Shown here: positions 12,801 to 47,666 of the stretch, in pieces
Layout: each line of letters opens with the position of its first letter
How positions within the stretch are numbered: the first letter of the stretch is position 1
NCBI GenBank assembly: GCA_964035545.1
Contig: OZ037772.1
Span: 4,468,233-4,532,232, forward strand
Direction: 5' to 3'
Source of the DNA: Bugula neritina
Taxonomy: Eukaryota; Animalia; Bryozoa
DNA length: 64,000 bases
Program-made: the position numbers and the translations under genes
The notes under the pieces: model-generated
Databases searched by the model: none
What the model saw: only the letters and a program-made list of their open reading frames with translations
What the model was told of the DNA's origin: nothing

Positions 12801-14237
12801 TTTCGAAGTTGATGACACAACTCTCAGGATGGTTATTCCATACATTATAGGGGCTATTTTACTTTTCAGTACACACTGAAAGTATCCAAATTTTACCTAT
12901 TTCTCACATTTTAGCTGCTTTTGCCCAAAAACTAATAAAATACAACTAAATAATAAAGGTGATTTTTAATTTTGCCTAATTTCCTGTGTTTTTCCTAATT
13001 ATGTGGCTAATTTGGATTTTTAGACTGTCTTTTTTTCGTGACAAGCTGCAAATTCAAATTAACTATACCAATAGGAAAAAACATAGGAAATCAAGCAAAA
13101 TTAAAAAGAACCTTTTTTATTCAGTTGTATTTTTTAAATTTTTATTAGTTTAGAGCAAAAACTACAAGGTCTTATTTTTCTATTTTCGCTGTTTTATAAT
13201 TAGTCAACTTAATAGCAAAAAACTATTGATCTACATAGGTTTTAGTGGTTCAATACCCTTAGTGTACAGGTGACAAGTGTGTACAGGTGACATGTGTAAG
13301 CATGTGACATGTGTGAGTAGTTGACATGTGTGAGCAAGTGACATGTGTGAGAATGTGGCAGGTGTAAGCAGGTGACATGTGTGAGCAGGTGACATGTGTG
13401 AGCAGTTGACAGGTGTGAGCAGGCGACTTGTGAGAGCATGTGACAGGTGTGAGCAGGTGACATGTGTGAGAATGTGGCAGGTGTGGGTTGATTAGCAATT
13501 TATACTCCATGTAAGTTTCATGTGCAGGTTTGATGCCCGTAAAGCTGTCCAGAAAAGGTTGGAAGAAATGGGGCTATACAAAGGAAAGGAAGACAACCCT
13601 ATGGTAGTTCCTGTATGTAGGTGAGTCGTCTTCTCTCTACAATCCTATCCCAACTTGATAGATTTCTACAGGTTCTACAGGTTTAACTGCTAATGTGTAT
13701 AGTTTCTTACATTAAAATGATGAATTAGCAGCTAAACTGTGAACAATAGCTAAAAGCTAGAGGTATATAGCTCTGTGTAATAATTTAAATAAAGTGACTC
13801 ATAGTTACAGATCTCGATGTAATAAAAGTTTTCCTCTCTTGTTCTCCTAATTAACGCCTTCATTAACATATCCATTATATTTTACAATTCTGTTCAGTTG
13901 AACTGTTACTATGTGAGTCTGTCTGTTAACAATGACCTCCACACCGTGGTCTCTTGTGTTATAGTCGATCTAAAGATATCATTGAGCCGATACCCAAACC
14001 ACAGTGGTATGTGGCGTGTGACGATATGGCAGCCAAGGCTGTAGAGGTACTTGTATTATATATTGTGTATAGTATATAGTATATTAGTACTGTATAGTAT
14101 ATGTATTAGTACTGTATAGTATATATATATTAGGACTGTATAGTATATATATTAGTACTGTGTATAGTATATAATATATTAGTACTGTATAGTATATATA
14201 TTAGTACTGTATAGTATATATATTAGTACTGTGTATA

Positions 14238-14306
<69 letters not shown>

Positions 14307-14433
14307 AATCTGTGGACAGCAGCTGTTTCGGGATTTGTCCCCTCATCAGCACAGAACAGAGTACCATGGCCCACACCTTCGCAATAGTAAAACTTATAGT
14401 TTTACTAAAGCATATTTAAAAGGTGTGTAAACT

Positions 14434-14515
<82 letters not shown>

Positions 14516-14562
14516 GATATATATATATATATAGATATATATATATAGATATATATATATAT

Positions 14563-14595
<33 letters not shown>

Positions 14596-17500
14596 TATAG
14601 ATATATATATATATATATAGTACTGTATAGTATATCTATAGTATAGTATATCTATAGCATAGTATATCTATAGTATAGTATATCTATAGTATAGTATATC
14701 TATAGCATAGTATATCTATAGTATAATATATCTATAGCATAGTATATCTATAGTATAGTATATCTATAGCATAGTATGTATACTGCAGGTAGTAGAATCA
14801 GGCAAGCTAAAGATCATACCAGACTATCACAAAGTCACTTGGTACAAATGGCTGAGGAACTCCAGGGACTGGTGTATCTCCAGACAGCTATGGTGGGGGC
14901 ACAGAATACCAGCCTACTTTGTGCAGATCCAGGGGCAACCTAAGGCTGAGGTATGACTCATTCTCTATCCTGTCTTATGTTATTTACAGAAAGCAAGCGG
15001 GTTTAGCACAGACCTAATATTTACCACAGACTATGTTTATGTTGATAAACTATGAATTCCCTTTAATGTGGCCCTTTCTGGAATGGGTGTGGCCCTTTCT
15101 GGAGTGGGTGTGGCCCTTTCTGGAGTGGGTGTGACCCTTTCTGGAGTGGGTGTGACCCTTTCTGGAGTGGGTGTGGCCCTTTCTGGAGTGGGTGTGGCCC
15201 TTTCTGGAGTGGGTGTGGACCTTTCTGGAGTGGGTGTGGTCCTTTCTGGAGTGGGTGTGGCCCTTTCTATAGTGGGTGTGGCCCTTTCTGGAGTGGGTGT
15301 GGCCCTTTCTGGAGTGGGTGTGGACCTTTCTGGAGTGGGTGTGGACCTTTCTGGAGTGGGTGTGGACCATTCTGGAGTGGGTGTGGCCCTTTCTATAGTG
15401 GGTGTGGCCCTTTCTCTAGTGGGTGTGGCCCTTTCTGGAGTGGGTGTGGCCCTTTCTGGAGTGGGTGTGGCCCTTTCTGGAGTGGGTGTGGCCCTTTCTG
15501 GAGTGGGTGTGGCCCTTTCTTTAGTGGGTGTGGCCCTTTCTATAGTGGGTGTGGCCCTTTCTGGAGTGAATATGCCTCTTTCTGGAGTGGGTGTGGCCCT
15601 TTCTGGAGTGAATATGCCTCTTTCTGGAGTGGGTGTAGCCCTTTCTAGAGTGGGTATGGCCCTTTTTAAAGTGAATATGGCCCTTTGCAGAATAACTGCC
15701 CAGTAAAAGTGCATTTTTTCTCAGATTGAATGCCCAAAACTTGATGCACATTTTTTTACCAACTTCAACTTGAAATTTGTCCAGCATTTATTGATTTGTC
15801 GTTCAATTTTTTAATATTTTATTATCATTTAAGTTGTGTTTTGCCTCTTGACCTCTATATATTTTTCATAGTCTAGTGACAACAATTACTGGGTGACTGG
15901 CAGATCCTATGAAGAAGCGCTGTCAAAGGCAGCAATGAAGTTTAACGTACATCCAGATGTCATCAGTCTTAGCCAGGGTAAGTCTATTCCATCTGACAGC
16001 TCAAGTATATGTTGAGTAGATATTGAGTATGTATTGGGTATATATTGATAATTTATTTTCTTTTGTTCACGGACTAGACATTTCCTTTGAGTAAATTAAC
16101 CCCAGTTTCAGTTTGTCAGAGAAGACAACTCTGAACATTGTTCCATTTCCTGCCTGTTATACAGATGAGGATGTGCTGGACACTTGGTTTAGTTCTGGAA
16201 TATTCCCTTTCTCAACTATGGGGTGGCCAGATAACACCCCCGACCTGCAAGCCTACTACCCGGGTACTCTGCTAGAGACTGGACTGGATATCCTCTTCTT
16301 CTGGGTGGCCCGCATGGTCATGATGGGACAATTCCTACTCGGGGAGCTTCCCTTCAAAGAGGTACGTCTGATGGTAGAAAGTGTCTTTTGCTTCTTCTGA
16401 TGTCTGTGGTTACCATTCTATATCTATACCCTTTAGATGACTCTATTCTATATACTTATTCTATATCTATACCCTTTAGATGACTCTGTTTAATTAACTT
16501 ATTCTATATCTATACCCTTTAGATGATTCTCTTCAATTAACTTATTCTATGTCTATACCCTTTAGATGACTCTATTCTATTAACTTATTCTATATCTATA
16601 TTCTTTAGATGACTCTATTATATTAACTTATTCTATATCTATACCCTTTAGATGATTCTATTCAGTTAGCTGATAACTTTATAGTTTTTTTTCGATTTAG
16701 AGTAACGCTGCTATTATTGGTGAAACAATCTCTTGTATAACCAATGAATGTGAAATGTGCTGTTTGACAGTCATGGGACTGAAGATCAAATGCAGTTGTG
16801 TCTAAATTGATAAACTTAAACTAAATGGCAAGAGGTTTTAATGGCTGTATGTGTATGCAAGATTATATACTTGTATATAATAACAGAGTAGCAAAATTTA
16901 ACTGATTTAAAGCTGGACTTGAGTTAAAGCAGCTGTCCTACTATGTCACTAATTGTGGGGTTTTTGGCGCCTCGCTTATTGAGATATGCAATGAGCACAG
17001 TGCACCTGTGTGTGTGACCCGGTGACCTTTGTATGACCTCGTGACCTTTGTATGACCTCTTTCCCCACACTTCCAGGTGTTCCTGCACGCCATGGTGAGA
17101 GATGCACACGGCAGGAAGATGTCCAAGTCACTCGGCAACGTCATTGACCCTCTGGATGTGGTGAACGGCATCTCCCTCGAAGATCTCAATAAGACTTTAG
17201 ATAATGGTAACCTTGACCCCAAGGAGGTGGCTAAGGCTAAACAGGGACAGGTTGGTGTGATATGTAATATAATTGATTATTGATTATATGTTGATTATTC
17301 CATCATCAGTTATATTGCGTAATTTATAAAATCTTTACACTTTTCAAATCATAGTTATATGGGATGTATGATGTATAGGAATTGTCTCATCATTTTGATT
17401 TATCTATGGAAAAGTCAATTACAGTTTTCAATCAAATAGTAATATATGTGTGTTAATAGGAATATTAGTATCTCCTATCAGTCTATTCAGTCTAATTAGC

Positions 17501-20500
17501 CTGTGATCTAACTGATACATTCTCATTTTTTTGAAACAGAAAGAAGACTACCCTCAGGGTATCCCTGAGTGTGGAACAGATGCTCTCAGGTTTGCTCTCT
17601 GTGCTTACACTGGCAAAGGTAGAAGTATTAACCTAGGTGAGTCTACACTCTGTACTCTACACTCTACTCTACCCTCTATTCTACTGTATCCTCTACTCCA
17701 CTCTACTCTACCCTCTACTCTACCCTCTACTCTACTCTACTCTACTCTACTCTACCCTCTACTCTATACTCTACTCTACCCACTACTCTACTCTACTCTA
17801 TACTCTACTCTACTGTATCCTCTACTCCACTCTACTCTACCCTCTACTCTATACTCTACTCTATACTCTACTCTACTCTATACTCTACTCTACTGTATCC
17901 TCTACTCTATCCTCTACTCTACTCTACCCTCTACTCTACTCTATCCTCTGCTCTACTCTACCTTCTACTCTACCCTCTACTCTACCCTCTACCCTTTACT
18001 CTACCCTCTACTCTATCTTCTACTCTACCCCCTACTCTACCCTCTACTCTACCCTCTACCCTCTACTCACATACTCTATATTCTCATGTGTTTGCTCTTA
18101 CAGATGTATTGAGAGTCCAAGGGTATCGGTTCTTCTGCAATAAGCTGTGGAATGCGACTAAGTTCGCTCTCGGAGCCCTCGGGGAAGGCTACACTCCCCC
18201 TCCCTCTCAGAAGGTACTTAGACTATGTTTCTATAAACTCTAGCTGGTCTCTCCATACACTCGGCCATCTACTTCTGAGTCACTGCTTTGCCTTACACCA
18301 GCCCTCTGTAACTAATGGCCTCGTGTGGTCTGTGTCCCCCCCCCCCTTGACTGTATAGAAGAAACTCACCGGGTTTATATTCACCACCCATGTGATAACT
18401 CTGATAAAATGCGCTTTTTGTTGAATCTGGCTAAGAATTTATTCATCTGTGTGGGGCACAGGAGCAATTGTGATTGGATGTTCTTTATAACAGCACCAAT
18501 GCTCTCTACTTGGGTTTGAACCTATGACCTCACGTCAGCCAAGCCATCACTTTACCCCCTAGACCCATACTGCTGCCCATCTCCAATGCTATATGCCATG
18601 TGTTATGATTTAATAGTTTCTCAATGCTATACAGTGATAGCTGTGTTGATTGCTGCGTTGCTATGTACACCTGTTGCTATGGTTACAGTTGCAATGCGTG
18701 TACCTGTTGCTATGGTTACAGTTGCTGGGCACAGAGTCCCTCCTCGACCAATGGATATTGAGTCGTCTCTCGGAGGCCGTGGTGTCGTGTAATCGGGGAT
18801 TCTTAGACTACGACTTTCCCGTGGCCACCACCGCCTGCTACAACTTCTGGTTGTACGACCTCTGTGATATTTATCTGGTAAGTGTGGTACTGTGTAGGGA
18901 CATGTGTCTGGTAAGTGTGGTGCTGTATAGGGGCATGTGTCTAGTAAGTGTGATACTGTATAGGGACATTTATCTGGTAAGTGTGGTGCTGTGTTGGTAC
19001 ATGTGTCTGGTAAGTGTGATACTGTGTTGGCACATGGCAGAGTTTTATTTAGGCTTGTCTCCACCTTTTCAATAAATAGAACTTCTGCTTTTCATAGGAA
19101 GGAATAAAGCCTGTGATATATAGTACAGATGAGGAAGCTAAGGCTGTGACCAGAGCCACCCTCTACACGTGTCTAGATTCTGGGCTACGTTTGATTCACC
19201 CTTTCATGCCTTTCGTCTCTGAGGAGTTGTTCCAACGACTTCCGCGGCGTGACGACGTCTCTCCTCCCAGTTTATGTGTCACGTCCTACCCTACCCTCTC
19301 TCAGGTGAGTGAATATACCCTACCCTCTCTCAGGTGAGTGAATATACCCTACCCTCTCTCAGGTGATTTATCAAAGTTGTCTCCCTCTGATTTGTAATAT
19401 TATTCGGCATCCATATAACTTTTGCATGGATTTTGATATCCTCTCCTGGATTGGTTTCATGTATTGAGATGGGATAACTCCAAATTACCTGACATTATTA
19501 TTGCCTTTTAGTTTGGTGACTTGAGGCAGACAGAGTTGGAGAATGACTTGACCAGCGTGTACGAGTGTATCAAGACTGTCAGGTCTATGAAAGCTACTTA
19601 CCAACTTCCTAGTAAAACTAAAGTCGAGAGTAAGTATTGTATAGTGTAATAGTATTATATAGTGTAATAGTATTGTATAGTGTAATAGTATTGTATAGTG
19701 TAATAGTATTATATAGTGTAATAGTATTGTATAGTGTAATAGTATTATATAGTGTAATAGTATTATATAGTGTAATAGTATTATATAGTGTAATAGTATT
19801 GTATAGTGTAATAGTATTATATAGTGTAATAGTATTGTATAGTGTAATAGTATTATATAGTGTAATAGTATTATATAGTGTAATAGTATTGTATAGTGTA
19901 ATAGTATTGTATAGTGTAATAGTATTGTATAGTGTAATAGTATTATATAGTGTAATAGTATTGTATAGTGTAATAGTATTGTATAGTGTAATAGTATTGT
20001 ATAGTGTAATAGTATTGTATAGTGTAATAGTATTATATAGTGTAATAGTATTATATAGTGTAATAGTATTATATAGTGTAATAGTATTGTATAGTGTAAT
20101 AGTATTATATAGTGTAATAGTATTATATAGTGTAATAGTATTATATAGTGTAATAGTATTATATAGTGTAATAGTATTGTACAGTGTAATAGTATTATAT
20201 AGTGTAATAGTATTATATAGTGTAATAGTATTGTATAGTGTAATAGTATTGTATAGTGTAATAGTATTGTATAGTGTAATAGTATTATATAGTGTAATAG
20301 TATTGTATAGTGTAATAGTATTGTACAGTGTAATAGTATTGTATAGTGTAATAGTATTATATAGTGTAATAGTATTATATAGTGTAATAGTATTGTACAG
20401 TGTAATAGTATTATATAGTGTAATAGTATTATATAGTGTAATAGTATTGTATAGTGTAATAGTATTGTATAGTGTAATAGTATTATATAGTGTAATAGTA

Positions 20501-22870
20501 TTATATAGTGTAATAGTATTATATAGTGTAATAGTATTATATAGTGTAATAGTATTATATAGTGTAATAGTATTGTATAGTGTAATAGTATTATATAGTG
20601 TAATAGTATTATATAGTGTAATAGTATTGTATAGTGTAATAGTATTGTATAGTGTAATAGTATTGTACAGTGTAATAGTATTGTATAGTGTAATAGTATT
20701 ATATAGTGTAATAGTATTATATAGTGTAATAGTATTGTACAGTGTAATAGTATTATATAGTGTAATAGTATTATATAGTGTAATAGTATTGTATAGTGTA
20801 ATAGTATTGTATAGTGTAATAGTATTATATAGTGTAATAGTATTATATAGTGTAATAGTATTATATAGTGTAATAGTATTATATAGTGTAATAGTATTAT
20901 ATAGTGTAATAGTATTGTATAGTGTAATAGTATTATATAGTGTAATAGTATTATATAGTGTAATAGTATTGTATAGTGTAATAGTATTGTATAGTGTAAT
21001 AGTATTGTACAGTGTAATAGTATTGTATAGTGTAATAGTATTATATATTATGTAACATTGTTGTTCCCCTCCAGTCTGGTTCAGATGTCACGACGTCGTG
21101 TCCTCGCAGCGTCTCCACAAGTTCCGGCAGCTCATACAACTCATGTGTAACGCTGCCGCTCTCACAATCCTCCAGACGGATGACGTTCCGTCAGGCTGCG
21201 CTGTCAACACCGTCGGCTTTGGGGTGGAGGCTCACCTCATGTTGAAGGTGATTGCTCTACTCTGTACTGTGACTCAGTCACATGACTAGTGGTCACATGA
21301 GTCTTAGTCACATTAGTATTCGTCACTTGATTTCCATCACATGACTTCTGGCTTCATGACTGATGGTCACATGACTTGTTGCATCGTCCTCTACATAATT
21401 TCACTATTATTGTTGTTACCCTGACTAACCAACTGTTGACACTTTGCCCATATAAGGAGTGTGACATACTCATATACACACACGTACTATTAGTCATACT
21501 ATGAGTCATAGTATGAGTCATTCTCTCTCCTCTGTGCAGGGAATGATAGACCTGGATAAGGAACTCAGTCAGTTGGCGCAGAAGTTGAAGCAGATCTCTG
21601 AGAAGAGAGACAAGCTGGAGGAATCCACGAGGAAACCTGACTACGTAACCAAAGTTCCTGAGGGTGTGAGAGCAGACAACTCTCAGAAGGTGAGTTTTAC
21701 AGTGTACCACCTTCCAGTACCAGCTACCTTGTACCACCTTCTAGTACCAGCTACCTTGTACCACCTTCTAGTACCAGCTACCTTGTACCACCTTCTAGTA
21801 CCAGATACCTTGTACCACCTTCTAGTACCAGCTACCTTGTACCACCTTATAGTACCAGCTACCTTGTACCACCTTCTAGTACCAGCTACCTTGTACCACC
21901 TTCCAGTACCAGCTACCTTGTACCAGCTACTTTGTACCACCTTCTAGTACCAGCTACCTTGTACCAGCTACTTTGTACCACCTTCTAGTACCAGCTACCA
22001 TGTACCACCTTCTAGTACCAGCTACCTTGTACCACCTTCTACTACTAGCTACTTTGTACCACCTTCTAGTACCAGCTACCATGTACCACCTTCTAGTACC
22101 AGCTACCTTGTACCACCTTCTACTACCAGCTACCTTGTACCAGCTTCTAGTACCAGCTACCTTGTACCACCTTCTAGTACCAGCTACCTTGTACCAGCTT
22201 CTAGTACCAGCTATCTTGTACCAGCTACCTTGTACCACCTTCTAGTACCAGCTACCTTGTACCACCTTCTAGTACCACCTTCTTGTACCACTTTCTAGTA
22301 CCAGCTACCTTGTACAATTCATCTCTCCATATATATTTTCCTGTATTATCAACGTAATCGAGATGTTGTACTATAGCATTGTTACTATACAAGCTTTCAG
22401 AGAACGGTTTCAACAAAATAGCGTATGTTTCATGTGTATGGGTCGTACACATGAAACATCAAGTAATACAAGTAACAATGTCTTTTGCATCCATTATTAT
22501 GATACTGCTTGGATTTGAAAACATCTCAACTGATGAAATTATCTCGTATCTTTAATGATAATGTCGGGAGGGTGGGGCTAGTTGAACCAAACATTGCGAT
22601 TTTGAGCACAAGTTTTGAAGAATTGTTTAGCCAACACAAAGACGAGCACCATGAAGTTCAGCCATATGTATATACTGCCTTCACCCTCTGCGTACTACTC
22701 AGCTATCTAACATGTTCTCTACACAGTATAGCATATAACTCATACACCACAGTCCGATACTTCTCACATCTTCTCTCTGTCTCCAACAGGTGGAAGACCT
22801 TAGCAAGGAGTCCTCCAGGCTACAAGAAGCCATACAGAAGTTGGAGAAGATGAAGCTGGATGACATCTGA
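6801..22870 (+). CDS. VARS1: Valine--tRNA ligase, cytosolic type, ~1052 aa, 24 coding exons
   Basis: Exons: 6801-6953, 7340-7412, 8431-8538, 8840-8966, 9387-9551, 9829-9910, 10082-10201, 10656-10809, 11736-11870, 12600-12735, 13528-13620, 13965-14046, 14789-14950, 15872-15977, 16165-16361, 17077-17250, 17540-17636, 18104-18213, 18722-18877, 19098-19304, 19512-19629, 21075-21247, 21540-21689, 22790-22870. All introns are GT-AG and phases are consistent (3159 nt). Motifs: [14 protein letters not shown] (HIGH), [39 protein letters not shown]. The N-terminus is Lys-rich with no GST-like domain. Confidence 0.97.
8214..8396 (-). mobile_element. tRNA-headed SINE, family B (~200 bp)
   Basis: Homologous to copies at 18361, 36128, 45728 and 46008. 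The shared consensus includes GCTGTGGTCTAGGGGTTA, GAAGAGCATCCAGTCATAATTGCTCCTGTGCC and GTCCTTAGCCCG. Confidence 0.8.
8630..8850. repeat. 30-bp minisatellite (60-bp dimer) that includes the ValRS exon 4 acceptor
   Basis: Unit ATTGGTTGCTTTGTAACAG|GTAGAGATGTG; CAG and CGG copies alternate. Confidence 0.95.
9245..9386. repeat. 35-bp minisatellite abutting the ValRS exon 5 acceptor
   Basis: Unit TCTGCAGGTGTCTGATATGCTTGCGTTGTCAGGTG, about 3.5 copies. Confidence 0.9.
11250..11592. mobile_element. PIF/Harbinger-type (Tourist-like) MITE
   Basis: ~60-bp TIRs (GCCTAGG.CCACAC.GTGCGTATTTTCGCATGCGAAAATT...) with a TTA target-site duplication (TSD) on both sides. A second, inverted copy lies at 40359-40690. 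Confidence 0.9.
11876..12240. repeat. 23-bp minisatellite directly after the ValRS exon 9 donor
   Basis: Unit CCTGTTGTCCTGTATATTCATAG. Confidence 0.95.
12920..13160. repeat. AT-rich imperfect inverted repeat (old MITE-like)
   Basis: Left arm ...AAACTAATAAAATACAACT...TTTTTAATTTTGCCTAATTTCCTGTGTTTTTCCTA pairs with right arm TAGGAAAAACATAGGAAATCAAGCAAAATTAAAAA...AGTTGTATTT...TTTTATTAGTTT. Confidence 0.65.
13262..13485. repeat. ~17-bp minisatellite
   Basis: Unit CAGGTGACATGTGTGAG, degenerate copies. Confidence 0.9.
14065..14780. repeat. compound AT-rich repeats: ~22-bp unit, two (TA)n tracts and a 15-bp unit, interrupted by a 133-bp unique island
   Basis: TATTAGTACTGTATAGTATATA units; (TA)n at 14239-14303 and ~14437-14620; TAGTATATCTATAG(C/T)A units. 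Confidence 0.9.
14309..14355 (-). ncRNA. minimal type I hammerhead ribozyme
   Basis: The minus strand reads TCTGTG-CTGATGA-GGGG-ACAAA-TCCC-GAA-ACAG-CTG-CTGT-C^CACAGA. It has a perfect 6-bp stem I, intact CUGAUGA and GAAA core, a 4-bp stem II, a short stem III and a GUC cleavage triplet (cut between 14315 and 14314). Confidence 0.85.
15065..15687. repeat. 21-bp minisatellite
   Basis: Unit GTGGCCCTTTCTGGAGTGGGT, about 29 copies. Confidence 0.95.
16414..16662. repeat. ~43-bp minisatellite
   Basis: Unit TTATTCTATATCTATACCCTTTAGATGACTCTATTCTATTAAC, about 6 copies. Confidence 0.9.
17640..18075. repeat. pyrimidine-rich (CTCTA/CCCTCTA)n degenerate repeat filling ValRS intron 17
   Basis: Visible directly; starts immediately after the GTGAGT donor. 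Confidence 0.9.
18361..18576 (-). mobile_element. SINE family B, diverged copy
   Basis: GGGGCACAGGAGCAATTGTGATTGGATG...GGGTTTGAACCTATGACCTC...CCCCTAGACC matches the other copies. Confidence 0.75.
18872..19035. repeat. 33-bp minisatellite duplicating the ValRS exon 19 donor
   Basis: Unit GTAAGTGTGGTACTGTGTAGGGACATGTGTCTG, 5 copies. Confidence 0.92.
19289..19366. repeat. 29-bp repeat duplicating the ValRS exon 20 donor
   Basis: CCCTACCCTCTCTCAG|GTGAGTGAATATA, about 2.7 copies. Confidence 0.92.
19630..21048. repeat. 18-bp minisatellite filling ValRS intron 21
   Basis: Unit GTAATAGTATT(A/G)TATAGT, about 79 copies, running from the donor to near the acceptor. Confidence 0.98.
21703..22315. repeat. 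27-bp minisatellite after the ValRS exon 23 donor
   Basis: Unit TGTACCACCTTCTAGTACCAGCTACCT. Confidence 0.95.
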
Positions 22871-22940
22871 TTTCAGTGAACACCCTTCGCTATTTATATT
22901 CTAACTATTTTAGCATTTTTTAATTTTTATTGTTTGATTG

Positions 22941-23060
22941 CTAATAAACCTCGTAATATTATCAAATACTGAGCCTTTGCCTAATAAACCTCCTAATATT
23001 ATCAAATACTGACATTTTCTCTAATAAACCTTGTAATATTATCAAATACTAAGGTTTTGT
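22941..23060 (+). promoter_or_regulatory. triplicated 40-bp unit, each copy with AATAAA (ValRS poly(A) signals)
   Basis: CTAATAAACCT..TAATATTATCAAATACT starts at 22941, 22981 and 23021, about 70 nt after the stop codon. Confidence 0.75.
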
Positions 23061-23297
23061 CTGAGTGAGCATGTGCAGCTACTTGCTAGTCGTTTCCTGT
23101 TATCACCTTTCCAAGACTTCTGCCATAAGAGGTGTGAGTAAGTTCATTAAACTATGTTTATTTGCTAGTGGCTTGGCTGTTACAGATTTATACTAGAGAG
23201 GTGTGGCACTATATTTAACACTGTATCTTGGTGTCAATTTGACAAACCAGTTCTCGAACCATGAAACGAATTTTCATAATACGAGTATATACAATAT

Positions 23298-23412
23298 TAG
23301 GGGTGGACAACTGGGGGTCCCACACTACAAATTTAATTTAACAACCGTGTGGCTCTTCGTTTTGGCAGACTTCTGGACTTGGCCCTCATGAAATAGAAGT
23401 TGCTCACCCCTG
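23298..23412. mobile_element. short hAT-like MITE remnant
   Basis: Termini TAGGGGTGGACAACT and AGTTGCTCACCCCTG, with internal TGGCCC/TGGCTC motifs. Confidence 0.55.
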
Positions 23413-23438
23413 CCCTTGAAACATCTCTATAAAATCAT

Positions 23439-23541
23439 TCTATAAGCAGCTCTCAGTTGGAGGTGACTGAGTGCAGTAGAATGAAGTTCTTGACCTTACA
23501 CTATTACTCTCAGTAACATTCAACTCAGAGCTGCTTATAGA
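23439..23541. mobile_element. small inverted-repeat element; related diverged copy at ~25072-25252
   Basis: TCTATAAGCAGCTCT...AGAGCTGCTTATAGA termini. The internal GGTGACTGAGTGCA is shared with the 25.1-kb copy. Confidence 0.55.
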
Positions 23542-24563
23542 CTGATTCCTCTCTATAACATGCAAGGTGTGACAACTTCATATTGTAAATATATTTTGCA
23601 ATGAAAGGTTAACATAAGCTATATTGACAATTCTCAAGTATGACTCTAGTCCCTAGTGCTTATTGTACTTTGGTTTGGTGTGTAGGTTATGACGTACCTG
23701 CATAAGAATATTCCTCTTTCCATACAAATTAGGAAACAGTATTTTATAATGGTGGTCAAAGCACAATTACTGCTCAGCATTGCGGGTGACAGAATGAACC
23801 TAGCTACAATTGCATGCTGAATTTTTATACTCTGAGTCTATAAATAAGCCAAGTCTATTCCTAAGTATAAACAGCATATGCATTGTAAGAAATAACATGT
23901 AAAGGAGTATTGAGACTTGAAATATCTTCATATCAGCCACTTCTCAAGTCATGATGTGGAAATACACTTGACCTATTTATTGTGTGTACTTCTCAACATT
24001 GAGGCATTGCTGTTAGTATGTAGTTATATAGTGTATAGGCCATAAGGTGTTGGTATTTCGGTTATCTCAACTGTAAGATAAGAACAGTCTCATTTATCTG
24101 AATTGAAAAGGAAGTCTTTTCAAACAAAGTGTTAAATTCTTCTGCTGAAACCAACCAACTCTCTATTGAATAGAAATGTGGCCTAATATTTGTTTATGCT
24201 TGGTTACATAACTACTAAACAACCCACTTGCATTTTTTCATTTCTGATAAAGGAAATGGTTGAAGTTCCAGCTTTCTAATGCAATTAGCTCATTTCCTTC
24301 AATTATAATAAAATAAGTAAATACATGACATGAGATTTTGACTGATTCACAAGGCAATGCAATGTTTTTGAAATATAATCAATACATGTGATTTTAATAA
24401 TTCATAGTGACACAAACTTGAATAAAATTCTAATGCACTGTTTTCACGTGTATTCATATAAATACATAGGAGGTATGTTGGTGCATATGACTCTGATATT
24501 GATTTTATGTCATGTTCTGATATTTAGCTGCTCAGTCGAAGGGTTTGCTCAGAGAAACACACA

Positions 24564-47666
<23,103 letters not shown>

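Noticed and set aside
15037-15787. (ERATPTP)n mucin-like and related ORFs
   Set aside because: A 21-bp intronic minisatellite that is open in several frames; no evidence of an independent gene.
19637-21055. 472-aa (YSVIVL)n ORF
   Set aside because: An 18-bp minisatellite inside a ValRS intron bounded by canonical splice sites.
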